A stretch of DNA of 64,000 nucleotides, taken from the NCBI RefSeq assembly GCF_963921235.1, contig NC_086097.1:211174001-211238000 (forward strand), in the 5' to 3' direction. Under the pieces are notes generated by a model that was given only the letters and a program-made list of their open reading frames with translations, ran no database searches and was not told where the DNA came from. Made by a program: the position numbers and the translations under genes. Source of the stretch: Mobula hypostoma. Taxonomy: Eukaryota. Positions 49,215-62,364 of the stretch are shown piece by piece; within the stretch, counting starts at the first letter, position 1, and the number at the start of each line of letters is the position of its first letter.

Positions 49215-49712
49215 TGTGGTCTTCTGCTGCTGTGGCCCATCCACTTCAGGTTTCAATGTGTTGTGCATTCAAAGATTCTCTTCTGCACACCACTGTTATA
49301 ATGTGTGGTTATTTCAGTTACTATCACCTTCCTGTCAGCTTGAACCAGTCTGCCCATTCTTGTCTGACCTCTCTCATTAGTAAGGAATTTTCACCTGCAG
49401 AACTGCCACTCACTAATTTTTTTTTTGTTTTTGCACTATTCTTTGTAAAGTATAGAAACTGTTGTGCATGAAAATTTCAGGGGATCAGCAGTTTCAGATA
49501 TTCTCAAACCACCTTGTCTGGCACCAACAATCATTCCACTGTCAACGTCACTTAGATCACATTTCTTCCCCACTCTGATGTTTGGTCTGAACAACAACTG
49601 AACCTCTCGAGCATGCCTGCATGCATTGAGTTGCTACCACACGATTGTCTGATTAGATATTTGCATCATCAAGCAAGTTTATAGGTGTACCTAAAAAGTG
49701 GCCAGAATGTAT
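49215..49712 (-). mobile_element. Tc1-like non-autonomous element
   Basis: Reverse-complement homolog of 59618-60116; end GGTGTACCTAAAAAGTGGCCA..TGTA. Confidence 0.8.
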
Positions 49713-51854
49713 AAAATAAAGAGCAAAGGTCCTGGCTCCAAATCCCACAGTACACCAGTGGTCACACGATTCCAATCGCAAAAACAACCCTTGTCCATCA
49801 GCGTCAGTAAGTACAAACTTCCCTAATCAGGAAGACAACATTCCATCTCTACCATACAAGAAGGCCCTCTCTTTTGCCTGCCAGCTAACCTGCCTAGAAT
49901 GCTCCTATTTCAAGCCTTCACTCCCAGGGATGGTTGAGATCAAATTCAATGCCATCCACAGTTTTTGCTGCAATTTAATTGCTTTCCACTGTCAATGCTA
50001 CAGCTATATATGTGATAACATTGCAAAGGATCAGTAAGACTGCCAAATATATAGATAGATATGGGTATCAAATTGGCACAATGCACCAATTTAGCAGATG
50101 GTGTTTGTTCATTCTGTGTGGACATTGCTCTATGAATCATACCATTATGTTTTTACGGTAACTCTGGTATATTTTAAATGCTCAGGTTCAGAATTTAACT
50201 CCTATTGAAGAATCCTGTTATAAATTAATTGTTATTGAATAGAGAAGATACTGGACATGTTATTCATTCCCATAGAAACAAAAATCTTTAAAGCCTATAC
50301 CTGAAGAACTGGAGAAAAGAGGAACTGCTCCTACCACAGAGGAATCGAATGCGGGACTTTTAGCATACTGGGTGCGATTTTTGCCTCAATGAGACTAACT
50401 TACACCAACTGTGTGCCTAGGTATTGCAATAAGGATTTGGTTCAGGTTTACTATACGTAGTTGATAATGACAAGATTGGATCAATAAATGCCAATGCTTC
50501 CAACTTTTGTGCAAAAAGAATTACAAATCTAGGCTAATTCTAACCTGACAGCATAACGGGTCAGATAGAAGCAATAAATACATTTTTTCCAAGTTCCAAG
50601 GATAGATTTCAACGTGCATCAAGCTGGTCATTAATTGCTGTTAAACAGGAGGAGCCTTTTTGCTAAAACATCCAAGGGAAAAATAATTGAGTATTATTTT
50701 AGGTAATTATGTGTGGTTGTGGACAAACATAGCTCATCGATTGTGTCCATCTTCCGATGACATTCCAGCCTCATCGTACAAGTATTGAATTATAAATGTA
50801 GCTGTTCCTGCACTCAGTAATCAATTTTCTGCTGTTCTAAGAGCCATTCTTTTTCATCCAGAAATCCTCTCTGCCTTTTTATTTACATAAAGCCAATGGG
50901 CGTGTGATATTTCAGACTTATCTAATTAGGTCAATTAGAACCCAAGATTTGACCTTATGAGACCTGAATAGATTGGATTGCTGTTTTGGAAGCAAACTAC
51001 TTTTATTTTCATTCATTGTTTGCTGTTCATGGCAGAAAATATTTTCTCATGTAGAATATTTTTGAGTTTTTCATCAAAATCATCCAACGTATCTATTTAA
51101 AGTCACTCCATGAATATTACATGTGTGTCGTTCCAAAGCACTTTTTTAAAGTTGCCTCATTAGAATTTTCTGAGATAGTTTGGCCATTACTCTGTGTAAA
51201 GATGTAGTTATTTAATAAAAGTTATGGCTGCTTTTTGAGATAAGGTAGACTTCTCTGCTAGGACTGCTTTAAATAGCTTTTACTTGATAATTCTTTTCTC
51301 TGCGTTTTAGAATTGCTGAGCATTACAATTAAGGTAGTGAAATATATCAGTTGGAGAAGCACTTTTCTTGGTGCAATAAAAATGGAAGAGTATTATCCTA
51401 GGTATTAAAATGTTATTGGATGTATTCAGTCTAAGTCAAAATTTAAATTTTCTGTTGTATCTTCTCCATTATCCTAACCACAGTAAGTTCTATGTAATCA
51501 CTGTAGCCTCTTTGTGTACTGTGATAAACCTGATGGATTTTTAGGTAGGCTATGACAAGCTCATCTGCGGCTCCATTCTTGGCCTAACTTCGTTCTCTCA
51601 AATGTCTGAAGTCTACATATTTTTAGAACAGTTTGTAAGCACCTGCATTTTGTGGCCTCTATCCGCCCTTCTGAAACTGTGGCCAAGTTCTTTTCAAAGT
51701 GTTCCTGTTTGGATAGTTTTCCAGCTCCAGCAGTGGTGTTGAATAATCCTTTTGGAAGATGAAGGAAGTGCTAATATACTTTCATCAACAAGGTGACTTG
51801 CTATGTCCCTACTATTATCTTACAATTATTAAATTTAATAATTTAATAATTACA

Positions 51855-52868
51855 GATTCAAGATTGTTTAATGTCATCTCCTGTACAAAAGTGTAAGGAG
51901 ACCAAAATAGTTGTTACTCCGTAGCACCAAAAAATACAAAAGATAAAGAAGAAATAATAATAATAATGAAAAACATAATATAGATATAAATATATAAGAT
52001 AGCTTATATACATAGATTGATCATATGTCCGTAAAGTGATGCTGGGCTGTACATAAGGTGACTGATGGGGTATAATAAAGTAGTGTTGGAGGTGGTAGGT
52101 GGAGGTGTTGATCGTTCTTACAGCTTGGGGAAAGTAACTGTTTTTGAGTCTGATGTTCCTGGCTTGGATTCTACATACCCCTCTCCTGCTGGGGGTGGGA
52201 CAAATAGTCCGCGAGCAGGGTGGGTGGGATCCTTCATGATGTTACTGGCCCTTTTCCAGCAACTTTCTGTATATCTGTCCTTGATGGGAGATAGGCTGGT
52301 GCCAGTGATGTGTTGGGATGTTTTGACTACCTGTTACAGAGCTTTCCTGTCTGCCGCAGTGCAGCTTCTGTAACAAGCTTATTAGGATGTTCTCTACTGC
52401 ACATCTGTGGAATGACGTGAGTCTGGATGTTCCAGCTCTCTTCAACCTCCTCAGAAAGTAGAGGTGTTAGTGAGTTTTCTCTGACTGTTTTGGATGTGTT
52501 CTGGGACCATGAGGGGTTGTGTGCAATGTGTTTAAATCTGCTTTCCGTTTCCAAGGTAAAGAGGGGTGCGATTGGTGCGAGTTCTCCTGAGGTTGATACT
52601 ATCTCCTTTGTCTTGTTAACATTACTTGCCTGGCACCAGGCCTTAAGACCTTCTACCTCCTCTTTGTAGGTCATCTCATCGTTGTTGGTGATGAGCCCCA
52701 CCATTGTTGTGTCATTGGTAAACGTAACGATGAGATTGCTTGGGTGCATGGCTGTGCTGTCTTTTGTGAGCAGAGTATACAGCAAGGGGCTCAGCACACA
52801 GCCCTGGAGGGCATCTGTGTTGAGGATGATGGGGAGGGAGGAGTGGTTATGCATCCTAACTATCTGTG
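51855..52868 (-). mobile_element. Rex1/Babar RT 3' fragment
   Basis: [32 protein letters not shown]. Confidence 0.85.
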
Positions 52869-55124
52869 GATACAGAATGGTAGTGAAGATCCTTGGTGCT
52901 GAACAGATACAGCTCCCCTCTCAGGAAGCAATGTTGACATACTGGAGGTATTTAAGGAACTAAAGACATATCTCTGCAACCTCGGTGCTCGACGTTATGC
53001 TACTGATAGCTGTATGCAGATCTTACATTCAAAACCCAGACAAAATCTTCTGGAGTGTTTGACTTTATATTGCGCATATGGGACTGACTTCACATCCTTG
53101 ATCTGTTTCACCTAAAACCAAATTGGTAGCCGAATAGGAAGATGTTGAGATAGTACTCTTTTTAAAGTGATAGTTAAACTTACACTGGCAGAGTTAGAAA
53201 TTTACTATTAATTTTTGACATTGAAATTTCATAGAGCTTCTTTCAGCTTTGTGCTGAAATGGCAGAAGTTCAGTTTGAAAGGGTACTTTTGTTGTTACTG
53301 TTTATTTCATCTTCCTCTTTAACAATCCCTTGTTGTATAGAGTGAAAGATGCCTGTGTGTGAATTATTTTATCATGGGGTGTCCATTGCATATCAGGTGC
53401 TACATGAGTATTGCAGAACAAGACCTTGGTTGATTAAAGAACAGGATGTGGTACACATATATGTGGGCACATATACACAAAAGGGATACTCTAATCATAT
53501 GCAGGTACAATCTAAAGCACCACATACACATCGAAACAGACCATCTTGTTTACAGTCTTTCTCTATTCCCCTCACTTACTTTCTTCCAATTCAAACCCCG
53601 CTCCCCTCCCTGCTTCAGTGCTGGCTCTTTCAGTTTCATTGTCTTTTCCCCCTGCATCAATCCCCAGTCTAGCCGTCATCCACTTCCCAAATGCCAGCTG
53701 CTTGCGCTCTCCCAGAGTGAGCCTAACTCATGCCATTTCTCCTCCTTGGATTGTCCCCTAGGATGAGGTCTCAGAGTTCAGAGCACGGGGTTTGTTTGTG
53801 TTATAGTCTATTAGCATAATGAGTAACAGCAAGCCTCAGTATAATGTAAGCATTTTAACTGCATGTGGTGCTAGCTACAGCACATAATGAAATACTCAGC
53901 TTCATGGAAAACAGTTAAAATTCAGGCACCTTGTTCTTTCCACTTTGACAGCTGCACTGGAGGTTTGTACAAAGACCAATCATTCACCACAGGGATGTTG
54001 TCCAAAAACTGGAGCCAGCCTGTTCAGGAGTGAAGTTTGGGGAATTTTCTGCGTACAGAGGATGATAGGAATTTGGAACTTTCTTCAGCTAATGGTATTA
54101 GATTTTAGATCAATTTTTAATTTAAAATCTGAGCTTGATAGATTTTTGTTGAACTAAGGTACTAGAGGATACGGGGGAAGAAATGTAGTGTTAAGTCAGG
54201 GATCACCAGCCAGAACTCAATGAACAGCAGAAGGGATTCTAAGGCCAAATGACCTATTCCTGTCTGTATATTTCTATATTCCTGTCCACATATATGCATA
54301 ATTATTGATCAAATAGATTTTTAATTTATTACACATATTCACTTCCAGCCTATGATGTACACCCTTGAAAACACCAGAGGAAATAAATGTCTAAGATGAG
54401 CTCCACCTCTGCTAAATGTATTAAATATTCATTACATCTGAACTACTGTATCTATTTCAATCTGCAGATAAAACATTCCACAGTATGAACAAAACAACTG
54501 CAGTAGGAGAACAAAATATTTTTCTTCTGGAAAGCTGCATAAGCAACAGCCTGAAACATATTTATCCGCAGGGATTTGCTGGTTATTAGCTACTCAGTGA
54601 ATTGCATGGAAATGTGGAAGTTTGAGATGAGTTAAAGGTCAGACACCCGAACATCTGCCTGTGTGCTCCACTATAAAATGGGATTACCTTCAAATGATGT
54701 CTATTCATTTGAGTGGAAAAACATAATTGCAATAAATTATTTATGAGGCATTTTAGTACTTAAAATTATTTGTCTGCGTTTTAAAGTTTTTAATCAATTT
54801 TAGTGTTTATTCAATGGCTAACAGTGTGCTCAGAGGTCAGTGTTCAGTTTAAGAAGCCAGAGGACAACAACCAGATTGATGTAAACAGTTGCTGGATGCT
54901 GGGGAATATATTCTAGATAGGTTCAACTCTGCAGAAACATTCTGTGGTATGTTAAGTACTTTATATAATTAATGGGATTGTGAATAGTGTATTCAGCATA
55001 GATTTATAATGATTCAAATGATCTTTTATTTTTATATTCATTTATATAAAAATATATACCTAGATGCATAAGGACATTGGCTGTCAGCTGTGTTTCTGGT
55101 ACCTTTATAATGACTTTCACCATT

Positions 55125-55560
55125 CACACTCCTGCTCTTTCACCTAAGGGCCTTTCATTTCTCTTTGCTTCTCTGTCTCTCCTGTCGTCATCTCTCTTTC
55201 CCCTTTTTAATCTTTTCTCCAGCACCATTTTTCTCAAATATTCTTCCAAAATACTGCTTATTACTCTTCTTCTTACTCCTTTCATTTTAGTTCTATTTCT
55301 TCCCCTTTCCCTCCAATCTCAAGTTTCTCCTTCTTACCCTTTCAATTAAAACAATATTTAAGGCTTCTCACCTTTCCCACCTCTCCACATCCTATCTTAT
55401 CTTTTATACCCTGTTCTCTTATTCCTTTCCCTAACCTGTTTACTCCTCTTTTCACTCTGCTCTTTCTATCTCTCTCCACCTCTTTTCTCTTATCTGTTCT
55501 TCTGCCCGAGCTATCTTCATCTTTGTGGTTCCTCTTCCCAGTCCCTTCTTGTCTCACCTG
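55125..55560. repeat. Pyrimidine-rich low-complexity tract
   Basis: About 430 bp dominated by C and T on the + strand. Confidence 0.7.
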
Positions 55561-56757
55561 AATTATTCATCTCCACTTGTCCACTGCCCCTTGCCTTCAA
55601 GCCCTGGCACAAGTTTGTGGGGAATCAAGGTTATGTACATTTACTCTGCACAACATATAAATTTTAATCGCTTTAGCTGCCTAGAAAGTTATGTGGACAG
55701 ATGTAGTTTATGAAACGAATTGAGATGTCAGATTAGAAAACCTCATGGTTTGATAACTATTCATCTTTCAGCCTGTAAGATCTCCAGGTTAAAGGAATCA
55801 AAAGGCAGATTATTAACTAAATAGAAAGAGACCGTGAATACATACATTTCAGAGTAATCTATGTATCCTAGTGCATAAATCACAAAAGTTAGAAGGCAGT
55901 GAAAAGGTAGCCAATGAGCTAGATCACATTGAGGCTGAAAGAAATCTTTCCAAGATTGAGTGGAGCCTATGGACAATGTCGGTGGTCCCAGTAACCAAGG
56001 AGAATGGGTCAATGAAAATCTGTGGTGATTTTAAGGTCACCATAAACTCAGTATTGAAGTAGATCAATACCTTCTATCCAGGATAGAGGATATCTTTGCC
56101 AACCTTCCTGGAGGGAATCAATTCAGCAAGTGAACTTAACTGAGGCCTGCCTACAGATGGAGATGGAAGAAGAGAGAAAGTGTTTCTTGCCATGAACACT
56201 CACAAAGTGCTTTAATTCTATAATAGGCTTATTGTTGTAGTAACACCACACCTGCACTCTGGCAGAAAGTTATGGAGTAGGAACTGCAAGACTGCCCAGG
56301 CATTCAGTGTTACCTGGATGACAACATTCCTACCAGTAAGGATGACAAAGAACATCTCCAAAATTTCAAGACAGTGTTTACGAAGATGAGAAGACTATGA
56401 GCTCAGAGAATGGAACAACATGTATGAATTATTTAAACTAACCATCACTTATTGTGATCACACAATTGACCCCCAAGTATTGCAAAAGTGTGTTGAGATA
56501 ATTGAATTAGTGGTGGATGCCCCAAGGCCTAAGGACATGTCACAGTTGTTGTCCTTTTTAAGATTTTATCAATTACTATAACAGGTTCAACCAAATTAGG
56601 CTACTGTGCTCCACCCCTTGAACTCATTACTAGAGACCGAGAAGAAATAGCAGTGGACAAAGCAGTGTGAGGTGATTCTCAAAAAGGTAAAGAAATGGTG
56701 ACATCAGACACTATACTCACACATTATCATCCACATCATCCAGTGAAACTTGCCTGT

Positions 56758-57613
56758 TGTTACATACCTCATGGAGATCTTGTGACTTTCTTGTGAGAGT
56801 GATGTAATGGTCTTTTGGAGGTCACCTGATGTAAATTTCCCGCCGATGTGAGGTCACGTGATGACACATTCACCATGGGAATAAAAGGGAAGACCCCTGG
56901 TGATGCAGTTAGTTTTCCAGTTAGAACGTCAATGAGATACTCCGCTCCGCTGCATATTTGCATTATGACGCATTTTTGATTTCAAACAGAGTTTTATGCT
57001 CTATTGTAAAGTACAGAAGTCTAGGCCGGCAGTTTGACCAATCACTGCCAGGTTTGTTAATGTATCTTCTCAGTAGGATTGGAGAGTGAAGACGGGACCC
57101 TGAAGGAGACATTCAATGGGTTTGGAAAGGATCAACCATTATTGAATTTGTTCAAGAAAGAGTGATCTGCATGAGATGGCCTCTGCTAAAAGTGGTAGAA
57201 AAGGCTGTGCAGGATCTATTCTATGGAGGAGGAAGGTCAGTGCCTTTAAAACCATTTTACTTCCGTTGTCGTGAATCCTTTGAACAAGGCAGGATCCGGC
57301 TGGGAGTGGCAGTGACATCGTGTCTTCAAAGAATTCGTTACTTCATGAAAATCTCTCCTAATTGACTATATAAATCTCCTGGACTTTAAAGTTTACCATT
57401 CGAAGAACTGTGTTTAAATTTATCGCTTTAAGAACTGGTTTCGCATTTATCACTTTAAGAGTTAGTACTGAGTAGCGGTTTACTGAATGGCTGCATAGCC
57501 GTTTACTTCTGGTTAGGGTTTTAGTTTTTTTTCATTGTTTATCGGGGTTTAATAAATGCTTGTTTCTTTATAAATCCTGACTCGATATAGTCATTGTTGC
57601 CCATCATGTGACA
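56758..57613 (+). mobile_element. Solo LTR (856 bp)
   Basis: TGTTACAT..ATGTGACA; TSD CTGT at 56754-56757 and 57614-57617; splits LAC/DAS; ATAAAA at about 56881, AATAAA at about 57551. Confidence 0.88.
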
Positions 57614-57861
57614 CTGTGATGCCTCGCCTTATAGGTGCAGTCAAGTCAGATGTTATGAGCGATGGAAGTGAATGCTCCATAGCCTTTACATAACATACGC
57701 TTACTGCTGCAGAGAAAAATTATGCAGATTGACAGAGAGGCCTTAAGTCCAGTTTGGGGCTTATACTGTTTCAACTACTACCTAAATAGGAAAGAGTTTA
57801 CCCTCATTACTGATCATCAACTACTAGTGTCCATTTTCAATGCACAGATGGGTGTTCCACT

Positions 57862-58457
57862 TATACGGGGTCTTTCTTTTTTGTATGTTAAATTTAAAAT
57901 GGCTTCTTTGTTATGTTAAATGCTGAGAAAGTCTCTAGCTAGACATTTGCTTGGGTTAGTACAGATAGCAGGGTGCTATTAGCCAATGGGTGTTCATGTA
58001 TCATTTTTTTTTGGATGATAATGCTGTCTCATATGACTGGGGACGGGGTTTTTGACGGGGAGTCGGAGGAGAGACGGAGAGGATGGCGGACGTGCAGAAA
58101 GGCTCCGGTCGAACACTTCGGGTGGTCCCGAGCCATGAGTCGACAGGATCCGGGTGGTCGTCAGGAATTGATTGAGCTCCAGTGGTTGCGCACAAAGAAC
58201 TTGGACTTTGATAAGTCTGGCGCCTCTTTTTTTTCCATTACTTCCTTTTCTGTATCGAATTTATATTAATTTCATAGACTCAGTAATACCTATGAAGTGT
58301 ACTTGGTAAAACATACTGGGTGTGCTGGCTGATGATTGACGTTTGGGATTGATTCGGGCAGCAGTGGTGCAGCAAGCGACTCTGTGGGAAGCGTTGAGGC
58401 AGGTGCTGGGTGGGGTTTCCCCTAGACTTATATGAGCCAATATAACTGTGTGTTACA
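57862..58457. mobile_element. Solo LTR (596 bp), different family
   Basis: TATAC..GTTACA ends; TSD CACT at 57858-57861 and 58458-58461; splits GVPL/IAAA. Confidence 0.8.
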
Positions 58458-59617
58458 CACTAATAGCAGCAGCACAATGCAGAGATGGGCTTTGTTTCTT
58501 GGAGGACACAATTATAAGATCAAATTGAAGAGAACAACTAATTATGGAAATGCTGACAGAACTTCTTAGAGAAAGGAAAAGAAAGGTGTCCACAGCTGTC
58601 AGACCCACTTCCTGCAGTCCCAGAGTCAATTCCTACAACCACCATGGAGGAGTCCTCCTGAACCTGAGATTGTTTCACAGCCACAAGTCTCACCTGCCAA
58701 GCAGAGTGATTCCCCTTGCAGGAAAGACATTATCCCACAAGAGTAAGAGAGCCTCCATAGTGGTTAAATCTTTACGCCTGATCGGGACAATTTAAAATTT
58801 ACTGTACTCTAGATGTCTATATAATAGTTGTATTATATAGAATACGCTATATGTATATAAGTTGAGATGCATTCTTTATTAAGTTGGAGTTCATAGCTAA
58901 GCAGGGAGGAATGTTGAGTATTTAATTTTTCAGTACTCTTTGAGTAATAATATTTGATTCAGCATTCCTTGTTGTTTACGTAATGCATTGCAGGTTATAT
59001 GTAAAAGGCACACGTCATTACTCCACCACATCACACACGCACCCCTCACTTAAAGTAAAAACAAAGTTAGATTTGCATTCCTGGATTCCTTGTTTTCATT
59101 TCAATTAGATGCTGTTTTGGAGGTTCAAAATGACATATTTAAGATGGAAATCGATAAATAATTGAAAGATTGAAGAATTGAGGATCATTGGGAACTGGCA
59201 CATAGAGGAGTTATGATCAGATGGAATGGTGGATGGGCTTGAGGAGGCTGGTGCTCTACTCCTGTTCTGATCCTCATGCAGTCTTGTTTCAATTGTTCAA
59301 GATACTTGGGTTATGAAATCTGAGGTGGACATAAACTTAGATCTTAACTTGTCTTTCAGTTTGTGGAAAGCTGTTAACATAATTAACTGAAATTAAGTTG
59401 CTTTGCTCTGGTGATAAGAGCTCGCTTATGCATGTATGGATTGGAGAAATCCATGTAGGTCATGGAAATCTTCTACTTTTGTGAAGTTGCCTTTGTCTCA
59501 TGTTATGCATTGATTGTTATAAACTTGCTCAGGCCATCAGTTTTAAGTTTTTTTATATTCCCAGTCAAAGAAAATTGAGATGGTGTGGAGCTGATAACTA
59601 CTTTAGCAGGAAACTTA

Positions 59618-60116
59618 CACTTAGTGGCCACTTTATTAGGTGCACCTGTACAGCTGCTCATTATAGCAAAAATCTAATCAGCCAATCATCTGGCAGCCAC
59701 TCAATGCAAAAAAGTATGCAGACATTATCAAGAGATTCAGTTGTTATTCAGAATACCAAAGAAGTATGATCTCAGAAGCTGCTGATCCCCTGGGATTTTC
59801 ACGCACAACTCTAAGGTTTACAGAGAATGGAGTGAGAAACAAAAAACACCCTGTGAGCAGCAATTCTGTCGATGAAAACACCTTGCTAATGAGAGAGGCC
59901 AGAGGAGAATGGCCAGACTGTTTCAAGCTGACAGGAAAGTGACAGTAACTCAAATAACCATGTGTTACAACAGTGGTGTGCAAAAGAGCATCTCTGAATA
60001 CACAGCTAGTCAAACCTTGGAGTGAATGGGCTAGAGCAACAGGAGACCATGAACTTAAAATCAGTGGCCACTTTACTAGGTACAGCAGGTAAAAAATAAA
60101 GTAACCACTGGGTCTA
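59618..60116 (+). mobile_element. Tc1-like non-autonomous element with transposase N-terminal remnant
   Basis: TA-CACTTAGTGGCCACTTTATTAGG left end, decayed right TIR AATAAAGTAACCACTGGGTC-TA; ISEAADPLGFSRTT, NERGQRRMARLFQADRK, QKSISE. Confidence 0.82.
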
Positions 60117-60475
60117 CATCAACAATCCTGATGTGAATGTAGAAGATCTGATGGTAAATTTGCCAATGACATGAAAATTGCTGTTGTGAATGGAGGGGGT
60201 GCAGGGGAGATTGCCTGCAGCTGAAGAAAGCCAGTAATGAGTTGTAAGATGGGCAGAGCAATGCCAGATGGAATTGAACTCTGGAAAATATGAGTTGGTG
60301 CAATTTAATAACACTAAGATATACAGTACACTGTGGTGTACGAGACTCTAGGTTTACCCACCATCAGGCTCCCGAAAACGGTGTGGATAACTTCAATCAC
60401 CACGACTCTGGACCGTTTCTATAACATTTAGACTCACTTTCAAGAACTCTTTACAACTCAAATTTACTTTGAACA

Positions 60476-60753
60476 TGTCAGGAACTGTGGAGGAGGCTTG
60501 ACCGGAATGCAGAGCAGTGGAGTTGATTAGCGGTGAGCGACAACTTTAGTAATGAACTCCAAAATAACAAGCCACGAGGGCACACAAAGCAGAAGAGAAC
60601 TGAGCAACTGATGGAGGCTGGCTGGTTCAATGGGTGAATAAGGACTACGGATGAGAGCAGGGATTAAATAGGCTGCAGGTGATGAGCTGGAAATGAGTGG
60701 GAGGTGATTTAGCAGGGTGGAGACTGAAAGATGCTTGCCTTGCAGATTTGACT
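60476..60753 (-). mobile_element. Solo LTR (278 bp) inserted in a Rex tail
   Basis: TGTCA..TGACT; TSD GAACA/GAACT; interrupts the (ACTTTGA)n tail. Confidence 0.65.
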
Positions 60754-61029
60754 GAACTTTGAACTTTAGGAAATTGTGAGGAATAGAAGGAATGTAGCAT
60801 ACATGCCCAAAGATTCTTGAAGATGGCAGGTGTTTAAGGTGTTTAGGAAGGAAGAGGAATACTTTTTGGAACATAGAACACAGAAGCAGGGAAATAATTG
60901 TACAAAAAAATCAGTTCAGCCACAGATGGAGTAATGTGTGCAGTTGTTGTTGCCACACTACAAGAAAGGTGTGAATGCACTTGAGCAGTTTCAAAAGGAT
61001 TCACAAGGATGCTGCTTTTATTGTTCTTT

Positions 61030-61228
61030 TGAAATACAGCACAGAAACAAGGCCTTCTGGCCCAATGAGCCCAATCTGCCCAATTATACCCATGTGACCA
61101 ATTAATCTATTAATCCACGTCTTTGAAATGTGGAAGGGAATAAAAGTATACAAACTCCTTACGGACAGTGGCAGGAATGAACTCAGGTTGCTGCTGCTGT
61201 AATAGCATTTCACTAACCACCTAGCCAC
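61030..61228 (-). mobile_element. V-SINE fragment
   Basis: Reverse complement of GTAAGGAGTTTGT..CCACATTTCAAAGAC..TTAATTGGTCACATGGG and CR1-like tail. Confidence 0.7.
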
Positions 61229-61669
61229 TCTGTTCTTCCGACAGAGTTGCTCAGGGTGAGGAAAGACCAGATACACTGGCTTTGTTGCCTTGGAACAAAA
61301 GACGGCTGAGTGAGGAACTGACAGAGATGAAGATTATGAGGGGCATCGCTTGCTGGGTTGCTATGGCAGCCAGGAATCTCCTGAGCCACAGGTATAATAG
61401 CAACAGTGTGGGCTTGTATGACAAGAGTCCTAGTCTCCACTGCAGAATTGGGATGCTGAGTACCTGCTGCTTGAAGTGCATCATGAATGATAAATGAAAG
61501 ACATGGATTGTTCACTAATTGATATAAAGCCCTTTGTCAAGTTCTGAATATTAGCTTTCTGACTGACCTGCTATGTATCAAACATATCGTTGTGACTATA
61601 CAATGCAGGAGCAGAACTATTAAGACCGCTCCACATTCAATCATGGTTTTTTTTATCAGCCCAGTTATA

Positions 61670-62363
61670 CAGGGGAAGGGGAGGGGAGGAGAAAATGGCG
61701 GGCCGACGCAGCGCACGCGGCCGCTCCGAATTTATATCGCATTTGTTAAATAGGGGCCGTGCACAATCCTGATTTGATGGAGACGGACGTGAGAAGCACA
61801 GAGGAACATCTGGAGAAACTTCCGAAATGCCTGCTTCGCTGCCGCTGCTACTGTGCGATCCAGAATCTCCGGAGGGGAAGGCCCCGAATCCTCGGCCTTG
61901 CCTATTGCCTGTTATCGGGGCTGGGTTCGAAGCGCACAGCAGAGATGGTGCTCGGTGCTCGGTGTCGGAGGACTGGTCGGAGGCTCGAAGTTTTCGGATG
62001 CACGCAGAGTCGGATTGTGGTCAGGGTGTTTCCAGGATGCTGCATTGCCAAGTTTACAGTGCTGGAAGCTCATGGCAGGGAGAGTTTCTCCCTTCAACCG
62101 TCTGCGTGAGATGATGGGACTTTCGAGAGACTTTGAGACTTTTTTTACCGTGCCCATGGTCTGTTCTTCATCAAATTACGGTATTGCTTGCACTGTTGTA
62201 ACTATATGTTATAATTATGCGGTTTTTGTCAGTTTTCTTTAGTCTTGGTTTGTCTTGTGTTTCTGTGATATCATTCTGGAGGAACAAATTGTATCATTTC
62301 TTAATGCATGCATTACTAAATGACAATAAAAGAGGACTGCGTGTCCTCATAATCTAAAAAAAA
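61670..62363 (+). mobile_element. Full-length non-coding ~690-bp retroposon
   Basis: 5' GGAGGAGAAAATGGCG; 3' TGACAATAAA, hairpin GAGGAC/GTCCTC, AATCT-A tail; candidate TSD AGTTATA at 61663-61669 and 62364-62370. Confidence 0.8.
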
Positions 62364-62364
62364 A

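Larger units (their letters stand above)
55880..59135 (+). mobile_element. Decayed Gypsy (K02A2.6/Mag-like) element: RT and RNase H, integrase largely deleted, polypurine tract and 3' LTR 58912-59135
   Basis: VVPVTKENGSMKICGDFKVTIN, RIEDIFANL, YLDD, LACDAS, FTLITDHQ, MQRWALFL; polypurine tract AGGGAGGAA followed by TGTT..TGACA. Confidence 0.88.

Noticed and set aside
51640..51750. Possible minus-strand exon (LFNTTAGAGKLSKQEHFEKNLATVSEGRIEATKC)
   Set aside because: Weak splice donor, no recognisable homology and no partner exons.
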